Source: Paramecium tetraurelia (Eukaryota). From it: DNA of 64,000 nucleotides. The stretch covers positions 176,835-240,834 of the forward strand of contig CT868028.1 in the NCBI GenBank assembly GCA_000165425.1. The letters are read 5' to 3'. Shown here one piece after another: positions 57,221-64,000 of this stretch (position 1 is the stretch's first letter; each line of letters begins with the position of its first letter). The position numbers were made by a program, and so were the translations under genes. The notes beneath the pieces are model-generated. The model ran no database searches. It was not told the origin of the DNA and saw only the letters and a list, made by a program, of their open reading frames with translations.

Positions 57221-59228
57221 TCAAGCTCTTTTGCCTCCCAAGGATTCCCACAATGATTGCATACACAATTTCCACTCTCCATTCCTATCAAATTCTCTCA
57301 TCAAGAAATATTGCTCTTGCAAAGTTAAATTAAACCCTAATTCCAACAAACCTTATGACAACTCCTCAAAATCAATGTATCCCTTAAGTTATTTATCCAA
57401 TTTCCTATATTCATAAATGGCCATTAATACTTCATCAAGTCCAACAAGAAAGTATCGAAATTTGGATATCCATCTGCAAATAACCTTAATTTGGCTATGA
57501 TTTGAGAGATGTCAGCCTCTTTGAAAACGTCTGGCTTTTGTCTCATATAATTAATCGTGAATTCATCTGCCCTCATCAATTAGAATTTGTAGACATTAAA
57601 TTAGACAATGCCTCCCAATTAGAAATCCTTAGATTAATCGTAAGAATAAGTACCTTCTCAGTATAATAATCATTGGTTAATGGATTCTTTTATCTGGATC
57701 TCTCTTGGAATTTGCCACCCTTTTCAAATAATCATATTAGAATACCCATATTCCACTGTTCCTTTCAGATGTTTGATACACCTAGACAGTATCATCCCCG
57801 CAGTAGAAGGATATTATGAATCTTCTGGAATTCTCCTCTCTAACCTCACTGATCTATCTGGCTTCGAATCTGAGGATGAATTAATCTTAAGTGAAATTCT
57901 TTCGAACATCCTTCTTGGGTGGTTTTGGTTACAATGAGTACACTGATCCCAAGGAATCCTCCTCGTATCCATAACCATTATAGGGTGGAACAGGTTGATA
58001 AACCTTTTTGCCTCTCTCCTATTTTAATGTGGCAGGTCTTTGCATAGATTCAAATATATTACTTTTATTGGATTCCTAAAACATTCAAATAGTATTCCTT
58101 TGTGAAATCATCACATCCATAAATGAAGCATTCTCTTCCATAGATCTTGACTGTATTTCCACAAATTAGATCTTGAGGACTGTAAAATTCTTCCTTCTTA
58201 AGTGTCATTCCTGGATAATGAGTAAGAATAGGAGTTTTAGGGATCTTCTATCTTCTCAACATCAATGGATAAGGATCCTTTCCTGAGTTCTATTTTCTCA
58301 CTTCTTTGACTTCGCATGTATCATCAGCCAAGTAATAGTTTAATGTGTAATAATTCAGTTAACCTTCGATGGAGGCATCATCCCAAATGACATCAAAAGA
58401 GAGGACTTTTCTATCATTTTATAGATATTTATTAAGTCCTCCATTAGGATGTCCTCCTCCTAGTTTGACTTCAAAATATTCTTTGTATTCTTTGGTGTCA
58501 GGTGGATTGATTTTGAGCTCTTTAGTTTCCCGTATGTTTTCAAAATTATCTCTTGGCATTTGTTCTGGTAAAGTCAAAGGCTTGCCCATATATTCGTAGA
58601 ATTCTCTGGTGTAAGTGTCACAATCTTGAATTCTGAAGACCTAGAAAAATAAAAATTGGATGTTACTCTTTCATAAAAATTGATGTTGGAGCACAATTGA
58701 ATATCTTCCCATTAGTAAAAGTCGTTCTTTCCCAGTTTTTTTGGGATCTTCTGTCTCTTGATGAATAGACCTTGAGGGATTCCAGCATTAGGGACTCTGG
58801 GCTACGATTTTAATATTAATATAATGTACTTCTGTCACATGTATTGTTCCATCTGATAAATAGTAATAAATGATGACTTTTCTGATTCTGAAGTTCTCGT
58901 TTGGGTTTTCAACAACGGATTCTTGGAAGTAACCAAAGAAACGTAAAACAGCTCGATCATATTTCAACCAGGGTGGTTGGATGCGAGGGATGTAATCATT
59001 TTCTGGTGGTTGTCTACTCCCATAAGTCAGATTGGGAGGAGCGTTGAATTTCATGGAATCCATTAGGTTTGGATCGAATTCCTCGTGGATGAAGTTGGTT
59101 TTCTCTTGCACAGTGCCATTGATGTGTGAAAATTGCTGAGTTTTGTGATGATTTTCTTTGAAGGGATCTGAGAAGACATGGCCAGGCAGGAATGGGACTT
59201 GCTTTGGGAATTGTGAATTGAGGGACAT
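57221..59228 (-). CDS. EFHC1: EFHC1/Rib72-like axonemal protein (DM10 domains plus EF-hands)
   Basis: PFLPG; YDRAVLRFFGYFQE..YYYLSDGTIHV; DRKVLSF..YYLADDT; C-terminal EF-hand-like DKQLKG and DRNG. Confidence 0.88.
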
Positions 59229-59392
59229 GTATATATAATAAAAATATAACTGATTATCTATTGTGGGGGATATGCAATATGAAATAAACAAAAAAGAGAG
59301 TTAGCTATATAAAAAATTAAAAACCTACCAACATTGAATGGATCCTCAATCTCTTGGATCAAATACCCAAATATTAGCTATAGCAATCGAAT

Positions 59393-60895
59393 ATGAAGAA
59401 AATTTCAGCAGCCTAATTGAGTAATCTTCAAGAATGTGATCAATTGCTGAAATCGAGTTTGTACACTTTCGATACAAAAATCAACAAATTCACATAGATG
59501 TCATTTACACTCTACCCCAACATGCTCATTGGAGACAATCAGGAGTACTTGGTCTTGTCGTCCTGCATAATGAGCAAGAAGATAATCCAATATAAGGAAT
59601 TTACAGCCCAAGGAGTCCAATTGCTCAATAATCAAGGCAACCTATTCTTATTTTACGAGTCTTACGTTTAGCAATTAAATGTACGACAGTCAATTATTAT
59701 TTCTAGTGGGAGAAGCAATTGAAGAGATTTTCCAAACAATAAAATTTTTCCAATAAATACACAATTCAAGAGAAACTTTCTATATAAAATCATTACGCTT
59801 GTGTGAAGAACAAAAACAGTATATATATTTATATGAACCAAAGATCGTGTCTATACTGTTTAACTCATAAGATTGTCGAGTCTGAGTGAATAACTTTATG
59901 AAGCTCTGATGAACGAAATAAACATCTTAATGTGTTTCAAACAAAATGGATTGCATCAGTTCCACTCTTTATTTGAGGATGGAGACATCCTCTACATATT
60001 GTATGACTATTGGGTAGGAGACACTTTGTATAAATTGATCCAACAAGGGTTTAAATTGACAGCTTCTTAAATAGCCCAAATAATCTTCCAGATTGTCAAA
60101 GTGGTTCGTTTTTTGCACCAGAATAATCTATATCATGGAGCCATACTTCCGACCAATATAATTTTGCACAGAGTGACAACTCCTTCGAATCAATAAGGAC
60201 AATAATTGAAAATTACGATATTCAATTTTGCCTATAGAGATGCGAATCAATACAGTTTGGCTTGGCTGAATAAGAAAGTGCCAAAGTAATGGATACCGCC
60301 TGAATTTAACATCCTACAGATCAAACCTGAGTTTTCTAATATTGATGGATATCAAATTGGAGTCTTGTTGTACTATTTGACCTTCCACACAAATGCTAAC
60401 AAATCATAATTGTCATTTTACAAATCGCTAGATAATTTTAAAATAGATTATCAATGGTTGAAGTCAATAAAATAGGAATAATAAAAGGAATACTCCTTTT
60501 CTCTGATTGAATTGTTGTGTGGGTTGTTGGACCCAGATTTTTAGAATAGGATTACTTTGAACAACGCTTTAGCTCATTAGTGGTTAACAAATCAGAGACA
60601 AAAATAAAATGTTTAAAATGAGAAACCTAAGATATTGCCATCTTTGAGGACAATATTGGAATTGAGAGAGCAAAGTTCTTGTGAAATGCTTTCATCTCGA
60701 CTTGGTAAGGAGGAACTGCATGTAACAAGTTCAAGCGAGGATGATGTGGAGTTCTGTGATGATGAATACATACATAGAATTTCAAAAGAAAATAATAAAA
60801 TACCATATTATTAAAATATACTGAATTTGATTCCAAACAAACATCCATCTAGAAGTAAATAAGTTATAGATTAATGTTAAGAGAGTTAATTTTGA
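59393..60895 (+). CDS. PH-like domain plus pseudokinase (start may be 59279)
   Basis: Kinase-fold motifs with HRD replaced by HGA, DFG replaced by FNF, no glycine loop; IPPE, DGYQIG and R..ALAHQW retained. Confidence 0.65.
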
Positions 60896-60973
60896 TTAAA
60901 TATCTATATATGTATGATTAACAATGATTTCAATATAATAATTTAAATAATTAATTGGAATCAAATATGTTTT

Positions 60974-63438
60974 ATGAAATCTTGCTATGTAGTTCATGGC
61001 TTTGCAATGCTTTTTATTCTTTAGATCTTGAGTAATCTTCCATATATAATTTTGAAAGTTGTGGTTATTGATAGTTGAGTTGTTGATACTGATAATGTTT
61101 TTGTTGTTATAATATGGCAAGGAAAGAAAAAAATATTGTATGTTTGTTTCTCCGATCATGATTATCTCACTCAACATAATATGTATGAAATAGAATATAC
61201 AATAGAAATCTTTGACAATTACAACAGATATTCCTTCATCACATTCCTACTGCCAATAGCGATTTATTAATAGAATGACAAAGAGACATTTGTGAATCGA
61301 TACTTTATGCTGATCAAGTTGTTGCATCTCCTCTTGTTGATGCTCTATTACAGTTTAATAGACTTTGACGATGGTTAGCCTCTGATCCAGTTTCTGATAG
61401 TGAGTTTGCTCATCCTAGCCAAAAATCATCATCACGAAGGGGAACCAAAGGTAACTCAAAACAACCTAACGATGATTGAGGAAACTTGCAATCTGAAGAC
61501 TCAAACCGAATACGATAAGATAACTGATGCCACTAATGGAATAGTGGGTGTAATTAAATTAAATGAATAATTTGAAATAATTTACTAGAATAAAAAATCT
61601 TCCTACTTAATGGAGGATAAATCAATCAACGAAATATTAATGCAAGCCCCCACTCTGATAGACAAATAAACCAAGTAGCTACTCCAAGAATAATGCAATA
61701 TCAAATTACAATCAGTCCAAGATTTCAGAGAATCCTTAACATAAATTTCCCTGAAAGAACTGCTCGAGATCATTAAGACGAACCTCCCTCTTCCACATTA
61801 ATTGGATGTGTATGTTCTCCAGGATTTCGAAATGTTTTACTTTTAAATTCTCATAAACAAAGAGAGTTGTGATAAAACAACCTATAATATAGTGTTCTAG
61901 GATATGTCTGATTATTCTCATTACATCAAGAAGAAACACTCTCAAACAACTATGAAACAACTATTCAAGAGTTTCAGTCATGAGTTGAATACCTCTTTGA
62001 ATTACATCTTGGCTCTGGCTCAAGTGGCTCAATGTCATGAGAATGTACCTAAGACAGTGTCAGAGAAGTATTTTCTGCCCATTTTACATTGCGGCAGGAT
62101 TATGCATAGTTTAATTAGTGACATAATGGATTACAATCTAATCTTAAGCAAATAATTCAATGTAGAAGTGAGTAATTTTAACATACCATAATTAATAAGT
62201 GAGGTTGTCGATCTATTCAAATACTAAGTAAATCAGAAACATCTTAAGATTCAATTCCAAAACAACCTTTTGAATTATGATTTAGTTAGTGACAGAAATA
62301 GAATTAGATAAATTTTAATCAATTTAGTATCAAATGCACAAAAATTCACTTTTTCTGGTTAAATCAGAATCCAAGTAGGAGCAGTCGTCAACAATAAATA
62401 ATTATGTGTTATCTTCCATGTATTCGATACAGGCATTGGAATGAAACAAGATGAAGTGGAACGATTGCATCAACTCTTGTCTTCAGGCATACCATAATCA
62501 GCTAGAATCTCACAAAATACAGCTGGATTTGGATTGGGATTATATATTTCCAACAAGATTGCTGAAGTGCTGAGTCAAACTCGATATGAGAAGGGAGGAG
62601 GATTGAGATTCGAATCAAAATATTAATCAGGGTTTCATGCTTGGTTCATGGCTAGAAATTAATCCTACAGTCCTGTCTATTAATAAAGCAATCCTACACC
62701 CATTGTTCGCATCAGAAAGAAGATCTAAATAGATACCATGGAATCGCAAATAAGCAGAGTCAATGCATTACCAATGAGATAGAAGTTTTCGTAGATCCTT
62801 GGAATCAAAGATTTCAAATCAGAAAGAGGATTGAATAAAGAATTGTCACTCAAATTGCGTTAACCACCATCCAAAATAGCAAGAGAATTGTTTCTTGCTG
62901 CAATTTCATCTGAAAGGAGAATTGAATCACTTAGTATCAATTAAGAGACAAATGATTAAGAATTTCAGAATAGAATCAAACATTTGAATGAAAATTGTAC
63001 AAATAATTAGAAATGCAATTGTCCTCAAATTCTGATCGTTGATGATGAATAAATAAATATCATGGCTTTGTCAATGATGCTTGATCAAATGGGCTACTCA
63101 AGTGACTCAGTATTCAATGGAGAAGAATGTGTCAACCTCATCTTCAGTAATCAGAAGAAATGTAATGTATAATCTACTATTCTGTAGCCAAATGTAATAA
63201 ATGCAGATCCTAACAATATCGTATGATCTTCATGGATATCAACATGCCAATCTTAGATGGCATACAAGCAACAGTCAGAATCAAATCCAAATACTCCAAC
63301 ATCATAGTTATTGCATGCACTGCCTTCTCGGACACAGAAACTCGAAACATTTGTTATAAAAGCGGAATGAGTTATCACATTCAAAAACCAGTCAAAAAAG
63401 ACTAACTCATTGAAATACTATCTTATTATTTAAATTGA
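60974..63438 (+). CDS. Hybrid histidine kinase (transmembrane, HisKA, HATPase, receiver); start uncertain
   Basis: SFSHELNTSLN, QILINLVSNAQKFT, DTGIG, GFGLGL; receiver IVDD..FMDINMP..TA..KP. Confidence 0.9.
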
Positions 63439-63490
63439 TTATATATATAAGTATTTAAGTCTGTTTCATATTTAAACAAAATAACAACTT

Positions 63491-64000
63491 TCATTTCTCC
63501 TCTTTACCATATACCTTATCTATCTCCGTGTGATTCAATCCCTTTGTCTCCTTTACAGAAAAGTAAAAAAATAAAATGCTGCTGACTGTTAATATTGCGA
63601 ATACTACAAAAGATCCACTCATCTGCAAACTACTGAGCATGAAAGGGAATATGTATAAGACCAGTAATTGCCAGGCGTATAGAGTCACAAAACAAAAGTA
63701 AGTTCCCTCACTTGAATTTATCTCAGGAGTCATAGACTATTTATAACTAACTTAATTACCCAAGTGATTGGACCCAATGTTAAAGCGTACAAAAATGAAA
63801 ACAAACATATTACTATAAACTTTACTATTACTGCTGCCATAACGTCAGTGTAACTCAAGCCAATTATTAATATTTGACATATTATCATAAAAAATAATCC
63901 TGACAATAGGATAATTCGTTTTCCCCATTTTCTATAAACAAATGATGATATGAAAGCAGGGGTAAATTATACAATGCCTAAAATCAGTGTAAAGAATGTA
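63491..64000 (-). CDS. MFS sugar transporter, C-terminal part
   Basis: GKRIIL..LGPITW..PEI..VKETKG with transmembrane helices. Confidence 0.85.

Overview
Very AT-rich, gene-dense ciliate DNA, most likely Paramecium macronuclear sequence. TAA and TAG read as Gln (GST 'RGLA-TAA-P', adenosine kinase 'T-TAA-G', Myb 'S-TAA-CRSHH-TAA-KF', GET3 'FD-TAG-K'), TGA is the only stop, and introns are 20-30 nt GT..AG. The supplied standard-code ORF track is therefore fragmented, and many of its ORFs are antisense artefacts. Re-reading with table 6 gives about 32 genes or partial genes plus about 3 decayed ORFs. Recognisable genes: UBR-box E3 (partial), HTH protein, HP1-like chromo protein, SPAG17/PF6-like, KDM4-like JmjN/JmjC, two Myb (SHHQKF), RasGEF-like, double vWA, START, adenosine kinase, FAIM-like, mu-like GST, dual-specificity phosphatase, GET3, STE kinase, 4xRING, HAP2/GCS1, RING-H2, AGC kinase, EFHC1/Rib72, a pseudokinase, a hybrid histidine kinase and a sugar transporter (partial). 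Most notable: a ~13 kb gene for a ~4,300-aa MGCC...HECT ligase with an 11.2 kb exon, and a 58-aa CaaX microprotein with weak G-gamma-like features. No rRNA, tRNA, CRISPR array or intact mobile element was seen. All calls are manual; no database searches were run.
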